Part shown: in pieces, positions 25,321 through 34,425 of the stretch | Position numbering within the stretch: position 1 is the first letter of the stretch | Layout: each line of letters starts with the position of its first letter | Source of the DNA: a virus | DNA length: 46,615 nt | Reading direction: 5' to 3' (one strand) | Virus record (IMG/VR): IMGVR_UViG_3300045988_123937 | Location: 1-46,615 of that record | The notes under the pieces: generated by a model | Told to the model about the DNA's origin: nothing | The model's database searches: none | Seen by the model: the letters and a program-made list of their open reading frames with translations, nothing else | Translations under genes and position numbers: made by a program

Positions 25321-26199
25321 ATGAAAGTCATCGTCACCTTTTCGGGCGGGAAAGACAGCCTTGCAGCGCTGTTGTGGACCCGGGAACATATCACCAAGAA
25401 TTTCACGACCGTATTCTGCGATACGGGCTGGGAGCATCCGCTGACTTACGAATACATCCACCGTGTTGCCGACAAGTTGCATCTCGACCTGGTAACATTG
25501 AAGTCGAAGAAGTACGACGGGATGGTTGATCTTGCGCGGCAGAAAAAGCGCTGGCCCTCGACGCGGGCTCGATTCTGCACGGAAGAACTCAAAACCAAGC
25601 CAACGATCGATTACGTGCTGGACGAGGTTCAGGACAATATGCTGATGATCCAGGGCATCAGAGGTGCGGAATCTCCGGCGCGAGCCAAGATGTCGGCACA
25701 ATGTACGTACTTCAAGTGCTATTTCGAGCCTTGCGGTTACGACAAAAACGGCAAGCCGAAAAAGCATACCTACCGGAGTAAGGATATTCGGGCATTTCGG
25801 GAAAAGTTCGCCGACGATCTTTTGCGTCCCGTGTTCGATTGGTCGGCGCAGCAGGCGATCGATTACATTCTCGCCGCCGGGTTGGAGCCGAACCCGCTCT
25901 ACCGGATGGGCTACAAGCGTGTCGGTTGCTGGCCGTGCGTAATGGCGAATCAGCGGGACATCCTGAACATCGCCCGGCAGGCTCCGGAGCGGATTGATCA
26001 GCTCGCAACCCTCGAAAGTGAATTGAGGTCCTCGTTTTTCGCCCCGGGCATGATCCCATCCCACGCGATCGCCAGCGGCGAGAAATATCCGACGATCCGA
26101 GATGTCGTGCGCTATGTCAAGTGGCAGAACGCCACGGGCAGCCTGTTCGATGACGACACGGCAACGAGTTGCATGAGCTATTACGGATTATGCGAATGA
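25321..26199 (+). CDS. PAPS-reductase/PP-loop ATPase family protein (DNA-modification associated)
   Basis: MKVIVTFSGGKDSLA PP-loop; trimmed to the ATG at 25321. Confidence 0.75.
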   Translation: MKVIVTFSGGKDSLAALLWTREHITKNFTTVFCDTGWEHPLTYEYIHRVADKLHLDLVTLKSKKYDGMVDLARQKKRWPSTRARFCTEELKTKPTIDYVLDEVQDNMLMIQGIRGAESPARAKMSAQCTYFKCYFEPCGYDKNGKPKKHTYRSKDIRAFREKFADDLLRPVFDWSAQQAIDYILAAGLEPNPLYRMGYKRVGCWPCVMANQRDILNIARQAPERIDQLATLESELRSSFFAPGMIPSHAIASGEKYPTIRDVVRYVKWQNATGSLFDDDTATSCMSYYGLCE

Positions 26200-26374
26200 C
26201 TATGACCCACGCCTCCCTTTTCAGCGGCATCGGCGGTTTTGACCTGGCCGCCGAGTGGGCGGGCTGATCTCTCCTTTCCTGCGTGGTGCAGAGAATCCAT
26301 CAAAGCATGCGGCAACGCCATAGTTCCGCAGGTAGCCTTGCAGATATTCGAAACGATAAATAAGCACGAAAATT
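26196..26374 (+). pseudogene. Remnant of a C5-cytosine DNA methyltransferase (motif I and motif X only)
   Basis: MTMTHASLFSGIGGFDLAAEWAG* followed, in another frame, by ACGNAIVPQVALQIFETI; about 300 aa of the core is missing. Confidence 0.7.
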
Positions 26375-26788
26375 ATGAAAGATCAGGTAACAAGCATTGA
26401 ACAGTCACGCCGCCTGCTGGAGATGGGCGTTCCGGCGGAGAAGGCGAGCATGATATATCAGAGTCATTACACTCAGGGCGTGCCTAAATTATATGCTCAG
26501 CCTTACCAACGGAACGGTTACCCGCCAAAAGAAAAAATACGAGAAGATGTTATCCCGGCCTTCACAGTCGCGGACCTGCAGGGGATGTTGCCGAAAAAGA
26601 TAACGACCAATGGAGGCGCAGTCCATATTTTGCACATTGAGGCCTGTTCGTCCACCAGCCCTTGTTGGTGTTTGTATTGGGGAGATGAAGAGACGCAGGT
26701 TGGATGGCAGGATCGAATCTCTTTCTTGCATCTGCTGGAAGACGCTATTGAGTGGCTTGTGTCTAACGGTTACGAGTTGGAGTTATGA
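26375..26788 (+). CDS. Hypothetical protein, 137 aa
   Basis: Clean ORF. Confidence 0.65.
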   Translation: MKDQVTSIEQSRRLLEMGVPAEKASMIYQSHYTQGVPKLYAQPYQRNGYPPKEKIREDVIPAFTVADLQGMLPKKITTNGGAVHILHIEACSSTSPCWCLYWGDEETQVGWQDRISFLHLLEDAIEWLVSNGYELEL

Positions 26789-27162
26789 GACATGCAGTAA
26801 GAATGCCGTTGCGCCTCGTGAATGGCAAATTTATGCGCGGGGATATAGAGGTAAAACCTGAAATCGGCAATCCCGAACAAATCGCGCTTTTGCAGAAGAT
26901 CGAGCGCGAACGTACACAACGGGAAAAGGATGACAATGATGGCCGGTTGGATGTCCACATTCATGTGGAAGATATTAAGTACAAAGTCGTCTGTGAGTTC
27001 AGGTGCATTTGCGGAAATGATATTCAGGCGAGGGGCATTAATTATACTGACGTTTGGGAAGATTTGGAATGCCCGGTTTATGAGGATGGGCCAATCATCT
27101 GCGATAAATGCTACCGGGAGTATGAGATTGATGGGTTACATGCAAAGTTGATTAAACGATGA
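26785..27162 (+). CDS. Hypothetical Cys-rich protein, 125 aa
   Basis: ATGA overlap; CEFRCICG...CPVYEDGPIICDKC. Confidence 0.65.
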   Translation: MRHAVRMPLRLVNGKFMRGDIEVKPEIGNPEQIALLQKIERERTQREKDDNDGRLDVHIHVEDIKYKVVCEFRCICGNDIQARGINYTDVWEDLECPVYEDGPIICDKCYREYEIDGLHAKLIKR

Positions 27163-27263
27163 AAACACGCCTACTGAAACGACTGCGGCGGGAGGCTGAC
27201 AAGAAGTTAGCTCCAATACGCATGATACATCCGATTCATTTTTCGGAATTTGTTGAATGGTGA
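27159..27263 (+). CDS. Possible 34-aa peptide
   Basis: ATGA overlap with the upstream stop; too short to judge. Confidence 0.3.
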   Translation: MKTRLLKRLRREADKKLAPIRMIHPIHFSEFVEW

Positions 27264-27272
27264 AATTACCGG

Positions 27273-27500
27273 ATGTATATGGCATACCGAGAGAACTTTA
27301 TCCTCCGCCGCGTTGCGGAGCTAAAAGGAAAGAGAAAAATGAAGACCAACAGACTAATAAACGAATGTCATTGCTACAACTGCCGAAAATACGAAGAATG
27401 CCAAACCAAAGGCGTATTCGACGATGATCCGGGCTTCGACTTCTGCGTGAACTATGAGGATGTGAGCTATCCCGATGACGATAACGATGAAAACGATTGA
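27273..27500 (+). CDS. Hypothetical protein, 75 aa (CxxC, acidic tail)
   Basis: ORF; alternative ATG at 27340. Confidence 0.55.
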   Translation: MYMAYRENFILRRVAELKGKRKMKTNRLINECHCYNCRKYEECQTKGVFDDDPGFDFCVNYEDVSYPDDDNDEND

Positions 27501-27503
27501 GCC

Positions 27504-27788
27504 ATGAAAAGCGAAAATGCAAAGGAATACATTACACATGCCACGCGTACGGCACAAGAGTATGCTGAAAGATTCGGAGGGCGCGAGTTGGTCGTGTCAA
27601 GATGGGATGTGCCTATCGCTATCAAACTCGCCGAGCAGGATGCCGAGGAGCGGATGCGTGAAAAAGCGATTGAGGCATTCAAGTCCTCTTGCGTATACAA
27701 GGATGGTTGTGGTGGTGCTGGTCGGGCTTGTGATCTTGCATTGTGTGAAGATTTGAGATTGTTTATTCAAAAACTGAATGAGGAATAA
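27504..27788 (+). CDS. Hypothetical protein, 94 aa
   Basis: Clean ORF. Confidence 0.6.
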   Translation: MKSENAKEYITHATRTAQEYAERFGGRELVVSRWDVPIAIKLAEQDAEERMREKAIEAFKSSCVYKDGCGGAGRACDLALCEDLRLFIQKLNEE

Positions 27789-27823
27789 ATGCACATTTGC
27801 AAACTAAGACAGGAGGCAATGAA

Positions 27824-28060
27824 ATGAGAAGAGCCATAAATACGATCCCGGAAAACGAATATAACCAACTGTTGAGAGAAGCAGCATCCAGGATGAGAGC
27901 GAAGATTCAGAATCTCATAGATGATGAAGAGGCATTGCAAAGGAAATTTGATGATCAAGAGGATTACGCAACAGCCGAAAGGCACGACTTTAATAGTAGG
28001 GCTTTGCGAAAGGCGATAAACGCCATATACATTACGAGGGATGAAAAACTTTTTGATTGA
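27824..28060 (+). CDS. Hypothetical protein, 78 aa
   Basis: ATG 27824, 7 nt after AGGAGG; the track ORF began at an upstream TTG. Confidence 0.6.
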   Translation: MRRAINTIPENEYNQLLREAASRMRAKIQNLIDDEEALQRKFDDQEDYATAERHDFNSRALRKAINAIYITRDEKLFD

Positions 28061-28277
28061 CGGCATTTGGCAAGGACCGCCGGATGGGTTCGACGTAAAG
28101 GAATGGCTCAATGAGGTTGTCGCCTATTCGGGTCTTGACGAATACCTTCAACCTACTGGAGTTATTCGTCGGTTTCAGAAGATAGAGCGAGTGCGCCGCA
28201 ATGGCCGAGGCCGGGGCAAGACCGTCGAAGCTGTCGCCGCGGAGATAGACAGGTTGAACAACTTAAAACAAGAATAG
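28041..28277 (+). CDS. Hypothetical protein, 78 aa
   Basis: ORF overlapping the previous gene by 20 nt. Confidence 0.55.
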   Translation: MKNFLIDGIWQGPPDGFDVKEWLNEVVAYSGLDEYLQPTGVIRRFQKIERVRRNGRGRGKTVEAVAAEIDRLNNLKQE

Positions 28278-28278
28278 G

Positions 28279-28698
28279 ATGAAATTCACCACCCCGTGCT
28301 TTGTCCGCGTCGAGGATGCGGAGAAGCGGAAAGAACTGGCTGTGTGGCTGTCGAGTATAGGCCGGTATGTATCTCCTGCCGTCACATCAAGCGATTATCA
28401 TAAAGACTGGGTAATAGTTACGGAACCTTACGATCCTGATTTGGATGGTTATGTTGGTATTTGGGCTAAGACACCCAAATCACCAGCATTTATTGACTGC
28501 GGCGAAGACATCGAGCTGTTCAAGGCGCTGGCGGCGATGAATGATGAGAATGACAACGAACAGTATTTTGTTACCGAGTTAGCCGGGAGTTCATATTATG
28601 TGCACAAAAATCGAAATACAAACATTGCTTATTCTCTTACTTGCCGCAAGGCCACGGTCGCAGAGATTATCGAACATTTCAAAAAGAGTGAGAAATGA
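28279..28698 (+). CDS. Hypothetical protein, 139 aa
   Basis: Clean ORF. Confidence 0.65.
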   Translation: MKFTTPCFVRVEDAEKRKELAVWLSSIGRYVSPAVTSSDYHKDWVIVTEPYDPDLDGYVGIWAKTPKSPAFIDCGEDIELFKALAAMNDENDNEQYFVTELAGSSYYVHKNRNTNIAYSLTCRKATVAEIIEHFKKSEK

Positions 28699-28940
28699 TA
28701 CGAGCAAGATTCTATATCAAATTCAAAGATTGCGGTAACGATTATCGGCCAGTTAAATGGCCAATCAAGTATCCGTATTGGTGTACGGGAGAAAGCGTCG
28801 ACTCTTTCGTTATTGTCGCCTATGCCGAAAATGTCGAGCAAATAAAGGATTTATGGCCGGAGGCTTATATGATCGAATGCGAAGAAGTGAATGAAATAAC
28901 CTTCACCACAAGATTCCCAAAACCGAAGTGGTACAATTAA
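28695..28940 (+). CDS. Hypothetical protein, 81 aa
   Basis: ATGA overlap. Confidence 0.6.
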   Translation: MIRARFYIKFKDCGNDYRPVKWPIKYPYWCTGESVDSFVIVAYAENVEQIKDLWPEAYMIECEEVNEITFTTRFPKPKWYN

Positions 28941-28954
28941 TATCAATGTAAGCC

Positions 28955-29605
28955 ATGAAAAAGATAATGTTTAACGACCGCTACGGTTTGACACAGGCGG
29001 TGATCGAGGGCCGAAAGACCATGACGCGACGGTTGATTCCTGATGAGTTCTTCGGACTTACGTGGGACACAAGGGGCGACACCTTGGTTTATGAAAACGA
29101 ATACGGGGATTTTATTGATGTCAGACACTCGAAGTATACCCGCTATAAGGTTGGCGAAGTCGTGGCCGTGGCACAGAGCTATTCGACGATTGCCGCCGGG
29201 CATCCGGATGTCTATACGTTTTTGCCCCAGGTGGCTAAAGCGCATAAAATATCCATCGAAAGCGTACATGACCTTGCAGGGTGGAATAACAAGATGTTCA
29301 CCAAAGCGGAACTTATGCCCCACCAAATCCGCATCATCGGAATCAAGCACGAACGGTTGCGGGACATTTCGGACGAGGATTGCATCAATGAGGGAATTTT
29401 TGTTAACGAGTATGTCGGCAAAGGCGAAAAATGCCATCATTACGGGTTCGATGGCTTTTTCAATGAGGCCGCAGGATGGTTTGCCCGAGGGTGGTATAAC
29501 ACTCAACGCGAAGCCTTCGCCATACTGATCGACAAGGTTTCTGGTCGCGGAACCTGGGAGCGCAATCCGTGGGTCGTGGTGTGCGAATTCGAACTTGTAA
29601 AATAG
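28955..29605 (+). CDS. Hypothetical protein, 216 aa (possibly ASCH/PUA-like)
   Basis: MFNDRYGLTQAVIEGRKTMTRR N-terminus; plus strand chosen over mirror ORF 28943..29608. Confidence 0.6.
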   Translation: MKKIMFNDRYGLTQAVIEGRKTMTRRLIPDEFFGLTWDTRGDTLVYENEYGDFIDVRHSKYTRYKVGEVVAVAQSYSTIAAGHPDVYTFLPQVAKAHKISIESVHDLAGWNNKMFTKAELMPHQIRIIGIKHERLRDISDEDCINEGIFVNEYVGKGEKCHHYGFDGFFNEAAGWFARGWYNTQREAFAILIDKVSGRGTWERNPWVVVCEFELVK

Positions 29606-29612
29606 CAATGAG

Positions 29613-29795
29613 ATGGCTTACTTTATAACAGAACCTTTAGCTGGCAGCGACGATGTAGTTGTGTCGGTTTATAAGAATACGGGAGAATATGTCGGGAATA
29701 TCATTTACGACAGGTATAAATGGAGGATGTTGTCTGATGATGCCAGAGATGACGTTATTCGAAAGTGTTTCGGCGATAAGAAGTGGATTTGGTGA
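29613..29795 (+). CDS. Hypothetical protein, 60 aa
   Basis: ORF. Confidence 0.5.
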   Translation: MAYFITEPLAGSDDVVVSVYKNTGEYVGNIIYDRYKWRMLSDDARDDVIRKCFGDKKWIW

Positions 29796-29864
29796 AATAG
29801 CGAGATTCTCGCAAAATCTCGAAAAAGTTGTAAATATCTTTAAACACTTTAAAGAATTTGAAAC

Positions 29865-30191
29865 ATGGAAACGATTGAGGAAAGAGCACGAGAATACGCG
29901 CATCAATACCGACGAGGTGCGCATGACTTGAAAGGAGAACGAGCCGATGCGGCCTTTGCAGCGTATTGTCAGGGGGCTGAAGATGAGCGTGAAGAGCTGA
30001 TCCGTTGGCATGACCCGAAAGAGGAGTTGCCGAAGGATAACCGTGATGTTTTGGTTAAAACAACATTATGCGCCAGATACTGTATAGCCTTTTACAAGGC
30101 GAACGGGGCTCGGAATTATCATTGGCACGAGAACAACGGACCTATTGATGACGATATGGTCATCGGCTGGCGTCCGATCCATGAATTGTAA
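29865..30191 (+). CDS. DUF551-like protein
   Basis: WHDPKEELPKDNRDVLV...VIGWRPIHE pattern. Confidence 0.6.
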   Translation: METIEERAREYAHQYRRGAHDLKGERADAAFAAYCQGAEDEREELIRWHDPKEELPKDNRDVLVKTTLCARYCIAFYKANGARNYHWHENNGPIDDDMVIGWRPIHEL

Positions 30192-30233
30192 TACATATAG
30201 TAAATACATCAGTTACGATAAAACGGAGGAATT

Positions 30234-30392
30234 ATGATGAAATTCGAATACGCAGTTGCAGAATGGTATCATCCAGCTAATTTTCAGACTTGGTTGAATG
30301 AAAGAGGCTCAGATGGTTGGGAATTAGTTCATACGGAACACCTACTTACTAAAGTAGGACTCCTTTGTATATTTAAGAGGAGAATAAAATAG
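30234..30392 (+). CDS. Small protein, 52 aa (DUF4177-like)
   Basis: GGAGGA 5 nt upstream; ...GSDGWELVHTE... Confidence 0.5.
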   Translation: MMKFEYAVAEWYHPANFQTWLNERGSDGWELVHTEHLLTKVGLLCIFKRRIK

Positions 30393-30447
30393 TTACGAGA
30401 GAGAAATCCAACCCGTTATCGCTGGCGAGAAATTCACGAATAGAGCT

Positions 30448-30807
30448 ATGGATATTCTAACTCCACATGACGGCCTCACGAACGAGAAGATTTGCAAGGC
30501 GCAGATCGAAGCCGTCGAGAAGAAACAGAACGAATACAAACTGATCGGTCGTTTGACGAAGGTCCCCGGTCACACCCTTTACAAGTTCAATGCGACTACG
30601 CGAGAGGCTTCGAAAGCCGAAATGCGAACCGAGATAACACGCCAATACGATCCTGATACGGATACGGTTATCCGCCATGTCAAATCGGACGTGAAGGTCG
30701 AAAAGGACTGCTACTACGAACAGGCGTTGAACATGAAGAACTTCATCAAGCGCCTGCGCCGCCAGGGAATCATTGGGGCGGACGAGTGTGTGAAAATCGT
30801 AAAATGA
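30448..30807 (+). CDS. Hypothetical protein, 119 aa
   Basis: Clean ORF. Confidence 0.65.
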   Translation: MDILTPHDGLTNEKICKAQIEAVEKKQNEYKLIGRLTKVPGHTLYKFNATTREASKAEMRTEITRQYDPDTDTVIRHVKSDVKVEKDCYYEQALNMKNFIKRLRRQGIIGADECVKIVK

Positions 30808-30814
30808 GATGGTT

Positions 30815-31240
30815 ATGAGAGAAAACAAATATCGGGGCAGACGCCTCGATAATGGGGAATGGGAATATGGGGATTTAGTCCAATTTGGGTAGCAATGTTA
30901 TACCCCTTGCAAATGTGCAATTATACCGGGCACAGCATCGGGAAGCGATCCACTCTGTAAGATTTTATTCGATTATGAGGTCGATCCCGCCACCGTCGGC
31001 CAATTCTCGGGCCTGAAAGACAAGAACGGCAGGGAGATTTACGAGGGGGATATTCTTCGTGTAACGCTTGATTTTAGCGAAGAACTTGTAAATCGTGAAG
31101 TTTATTATTTGGAAGATGGTTTCTGCATTCATATAGATGATGAAACCGACATTCAACGCATTGTGTATGCCATTTACGCAAGGGACGCGGAGGTCATCGG
31201 CAACATCCACGATGATCCGGAACTACTTAAAACTGAATAG
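30815..31240 (+). pseudogene. YopX-family gene interrupted by a single in-frame TAG (codon 26, 30890..30892)
   Basis: MRENKYRGRRLDNGEWEYGDLVQFG*...TVGQFSGLKDKNGREIYEGDIL...EVIGNIHDDPELL; both halves are in the same frame (checked arithmetically). Confidence 0.8.
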
Positions 31241-31243
31241 ACC

Positions 31244-31744
31244 ATGAAGAATTTCGATTTGGAGGCTGCCAAGCGAGGAGCGGCGGTGTGTACGAGGGAT
31301 GGGAGGAATGCGCGAATTATCGCATTTGACTGCAAAGGGTGCGGTAGGAAGCCCATATTGGCCTTAATTGATATGGGCGATTGGGAGCAAAGCGCCTCAC
31401 ATACAGAACGAGGCGAAATCATTGAAGATTTCAAAGACGCTTCCGACCTTATGATGCGCGACGACGACTATCTGGAGAAGCTGGAACGTGGGGAGTATGG
31501 AAATCATATCGAGGATAAGCGCGAAATGATCGATCCAGCTATTAAGCAAAACTTAAATACTGACCGCGAGTACTGGCGGCGGGTGTATGCCGGGCAGGCG
31601 ATGCAAGGCGAAATATCCGGATGTTTGGCAGCCGGCAATGGTTTCGATGGCGACAAGGCTATTCCGGGAATCATTGCGAAAAGCTCCGTCATGATTGCCG
31701 ACGCTCTGATTGAAGAACTGGAGAAAGATGAAAAAGTACTGTAA
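31244..31744 (+). CDS. Hypothetical protein, 166 aa
   Basis: Clean ORF. Confidence 0.65.
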   Translation: MKNFDLEAAKRGAAVCTRDGRNARIIAFDCKGCGRKPILALIDMGDWEQSASHTERGEIIEDFKDASDLMMRDDDYLEKLERGEYGNHIEDKREMIDPAIKQNLNTDREYWRRVYAGQAMQGEISGCLAAGNGFDGDKAIPGIIAKSSVMIADALIEELEKDEKVL

Positions 31745-32027
31745 GTGCGGCGAGTGTGCTTTTCTGAAGAATGAAGGCATAGACGGCTACGGGCAATGTA
31801 TCATTACCCGGAATATACAGCATTGCGGGGAAATGTGCAGTTTTCAGGACGACAAGCCGGACGAGGTTCATGCTGTCCGCATCCTGCATCATTTTCAGAA
31901 ATGGCGGCGGGGCGGCCGGGGAAAACAGCCGAACCCCACGATTATCGGAGATGCCATAGACCGGGCGATACGGACGTTAAGGCGGAAACCAAAGATGCAC
32001 CGAAATTTTGAATGGCAAAAGATATGA
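31728..32027 (+). CDS. Hypothetical Cys-rich protein, 99 aa
   Basis: MKKYCKCGECAF...; trimmed to the ATG at 31728. Confidence 0.6.
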   Translation: MKKYCKCGECAFLKNEGIDGYGQCIITRNIQHCGEMCSFQDDKPDEVHAVRILHHFQKWRRGGRGKQPNPTIIGDAIDRAIRTLRRKPKMHRNFEWQKI

Positions 32028-32133
32028 ATTGCCGGAAAATGAAGATATGATTTTGTGGAAATAAAAAAGAGGCAATCCCGAAAGATCACCCCTACGCTCA
32101 CAACGTAAAGGTAGTGATTAATTCGGGAAAACA

Positions 32134-32316
32134 ATGGGTGAGCAGAAAGAAAAACGCAGAGGCGGCCAGCGGGACGATTCCGAGGTCCATATAAGCTATT
32201 CGAGGGAGCGGTTGATGCAGCTTATTGTGGACACGGATCAGGAACTCGGGGTCAAATACGATCACGACTTCAAATATCACTTCAAGAAACATAGGTCATT
32301 GCCGCATTTATGGTGA
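32134..32316 (+). CDS. Possible hypothetical protein, 60 aa
   Basis: ORF only. Confidence 0.4.
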   Translation: MGEQKEKRRGGQRDDSEVHISYSRERLMQLIVDTDQELGVKYDHDFKYHFKKHRSLPHLW

Positions 32317-32386
32317 ACCTTCAAAAAGATTTTACGGGAACACATTGACGGATGGCAGCAAGAGCTGCCTTTATTCTAATATAGGT

Positions 32387-32740
32387 ATGGGAGCAATTAC
32401 AAAGAATGAAATTCGCAAGTGGGTATTCGAGGCTACGGAGGATTGTTTCAAACGCTTGATAGCCGCCCAAACTTATCACACGAACGAGCACTTGACAAAG
32501 GACCAGGCTCTCGCATTTCTTGATGGGCGTGGATATAAAACGACGATAAGCAAACTTTACAAATTGTCCGCCGCTGGAGAAATACCGTCTACCAAGATCA
32601 ACGGCAAACTATCTTTTTTGAAGTCTGATTTGCAGGAATGGGTGGACCAGCAGATCGAGCATGATGTGTCGCGGGCGAATGCGGGAAAATTGTTAGCGGG
32701 AAGTGCGATGCGGAAAGAAAGTCGAGGGAACAGTTTGTAG
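32387..32740 (+). CDS. xis: Excisionase-type (MerR-like) HTH DNA-binding protein
   Basis: LTKDQALAFLDGRGYKTTISKLYKLSAAGEIPSTKINGKLSFLKSDLQEWV; immediately upstream of attP and int. Confidence 0.65.
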   Translation: MGAITKNEIRKWVFEATEDCFKRLIAAQTYHTNEHLTKDQALAFLDGRGYKTTISKLYKLSAAGEIPSTKINGKLSFLKSDLQEWVDQQIEHDVSRANAGKLLAGSAMRKESRGNSL

Positions 32741-32751
32741 AATCATTATCT

Positions 32752-32786
32752 CGTCGCCAGTCTTGGCTAGCGGCGGGATTTTTTTT
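32752..32786 (+). terminator. Rho-independent terminator of the early operon
   Basis: CGTCGCCAG-tcttgg-CTAGCGGCG followed by GGATTTTTTTT. Confidence 0.7.
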
Positions 32787-32876
32787 GTGTCTATTTTTAC
32801 AGATAGGCGCAAATTGTGTGAGCAACGGCAAAAAATTAGGAGTTGCAAACTATTGCAACCCCTTGATTTTTAATTG

Positions 32877-32921
32877 TGGAGAATACGAGATTCGAACTCG
32901 TGACCTCTTGCATGCCATGCA
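32877..32921 (-). other. attP core candidate: 3' portion of a tRNA gene (T arm plus acceptor strand)
   Basis: Minus strand reads ...GCAAGAGGTCACGAGTTCGAATCTCGTATTCTCCA; no matching 5' half is present. Confidence 0.7.
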
Positions 32922-32930
32922 TATTTTATT

Positions 32931-32960
32931 GGTTTTCATGGCTTTTCATAGCTTTTCATA
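32931..32960. repeat. Three tandem 10-bp repeats, G(G/C)TTTTCAT(G/A); candidate integrase arm sites
   Basis: GGTTTTCATG GCTTTTCATA GCTTTTCATA. Confidence 0.6.
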
Positions 32961-32999
32961 TCGTTTACAACAACACTTGTCAAGCAATTTTATTTTTCA

Positions 33000-33017
33000 T
33001 ATCTTTGCATATCTTTG
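33000..33017 (+). promoter_or_regulatory. Duplicated -7 boxes upstream of int
   Basis: TATCTTTG at 33000-33007 and 33010-33017. Confidence 0.5.
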
Positions 33018-33052
33018 CACGCAATAAATAAGATGTGTGCAAATAATGTGCA

Positions 33053-34282
33053 ATGAACAACCACTACTATTCAAAGGATGGCGTAACGGTGGCCACTATT
33101 CTCGACACCCGCCGGGCGTTGGCAAATGGCCAGTATCCCGTGCGTATCCGGGTATCGTATCGTCGTGTGCGCTCTTATTACCCAACCGGTAAGAGTATGA
33201 TGCCCGATGATTGGCAGCGGCTCAATGCGACGCGCCTTCATTCGCTTGTATCCGTTCGCAAAGATATAGAAAATAGTTTTGAATTGGTTCGACAAGCTGT
33301 CGAGGATTTAACGTCAAAAGGTTGTTTCACGATTGAATTGTTAGGTGCTCGTTTGAAAGGAGCCGGCGCTACTTCGGTAAATGCATCCATCCAAATCAAA
33401 GAGCAGGAATTGCGGGAGACATCCCACATAGGGACGGCGGATATTCTGCGTGCATTGTTGCTGTCGATGAATGCTTTTTCAAAGCGGGAGGTTCAATATA
33501 TCGACGTATCTATTTCATGGCTGCGTCGATTCGAAGAGTTTATGCGTGCTTCGGGTAAGGGACAGACAACTATTGCGATATATATGCGCGCTCTGCGATC
33601 GATATTCAACCAGGCACGGGCTATTGGTATTGTAAAGGAAGCGCAATATCCATTCGGTCGGGGGCGCTACGAGATACAGGAAGGAGAGGGGCGTAAACTG
33701 GCCCTTACATTGGAGCAGATAGGCTTGATAGCCCGTTATGATGATGGATACGAAGCAACAGCAAAATACCGCGATTATTGGCTGTTTATGTATTTGTGCA
33801 ATGGAATCAATGTCGCCGACTTCGTAAGGTTGCGATATAGTGATATTGAGGACGGGGAAATAAGTTATGTACGGAAAAAGACGGAGCACCGCACAAAGTC
33901 CCGGAAAGCCGTGCGGGCGATAATTGTACCTCAAATGCAGGATATTATATCACGATGGGGCAACAAAGAAAGTCCTGATAGTTTTATATTTCCTATTCTT
34001 ACGGGCAAAGAATCTATTGAGGAGCAGCGGCAAAAGGCAAAAGACCTAACAAGCTGCATAAATCGTAAATTTAGGTCTATTTCCAAAGCATTAGGGTTGC
34101 CTCCGGTTTCAACATATACGGCCCGCCATTCATTCGCCACCGTATTGAAGCGTTCCGGGGCAAGTATAGCCTATATTTCCGAAAGCCTCGGACATACGGA
34201 CTTGAAGACGACAGAAAATTATCTCGCTTCTTTTGAACGAGAAGAACGAGAGAAAAATGCCGCATTGCTGACGCGGTTTTGA
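33053..34282 (+). CDS. int: Tyrosine site-specific integrase
   Basis: 409 aa; ARHSFATVLKRSG...LGHTDLKTTENYL catalytic region; N-terminal arm-binding-type domain. Confidence 0.9.
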   Translation: MNNHYYSKDGVTVATILDTRRALANGQYPVRIRVSYRRVRSYYPTGKSMMPDDWQRLNATRLHSLVSVRKDIENSFELVRQAVEDLTSKGCFTIELLGARLKGAGATSVNASIQIKEQELRETSHIGTADILRALLLSMNAFSKREVQYIDVSISWLRRFEEFMRASGKGQTTIAIYMRALRSIFNQARAIGIVKEAQYPFGRGRYEIQEGEGRKLALTLEQIGLIARYDDGYEATAKYRDYWLFMYLCNGINVADFVRLRYSDIEDGEISYVRKKTEHRTKSRKAVRAIIVPQMQDIISRWGNKESPDSFIFPILTGKESIEEQRQKAKDLTSCINRKFRSISKALGLPPVSTYTARHSFATVLKRSGASIAYISESLGHTDLKTTENYLASFEREEREKNAALLTRF

Positions 34283-34394
34283 TTCATATAGCCTCCATGA
34301 TCTTTGCGATCACAAGGGCGAACAGCGGTGCGGAGCACTCGCTTATTTCGAGCTGCGACATCCAGTATGTCATTTCTTCATTCATAACAAAGTA

Positions 34395-34424
34395 GCGTCC
34401 CCGCAATTAATGCGAGGACGTTTT
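34395..34424 (+). terminator. Terminator hairpin after int (convergent with the late operon's end)
   Basis: CGTCCCCGCA-attaa-TGCGAGGACG followed by TTTTT. Confidence 0.7.
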
Positions 34425-34425
34425 T

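Noticed and set aside
28943-29608. 221-aa minus-strand mirror ORF of 28955..29605
   Set aside because: All neighbours are on the plus strand, and the plus-strand product has a recognisable conserved N-terminus (MFNDRYGLTQAVIEGRKTMTRR). The minus-strand product looks like an antisense artefact.
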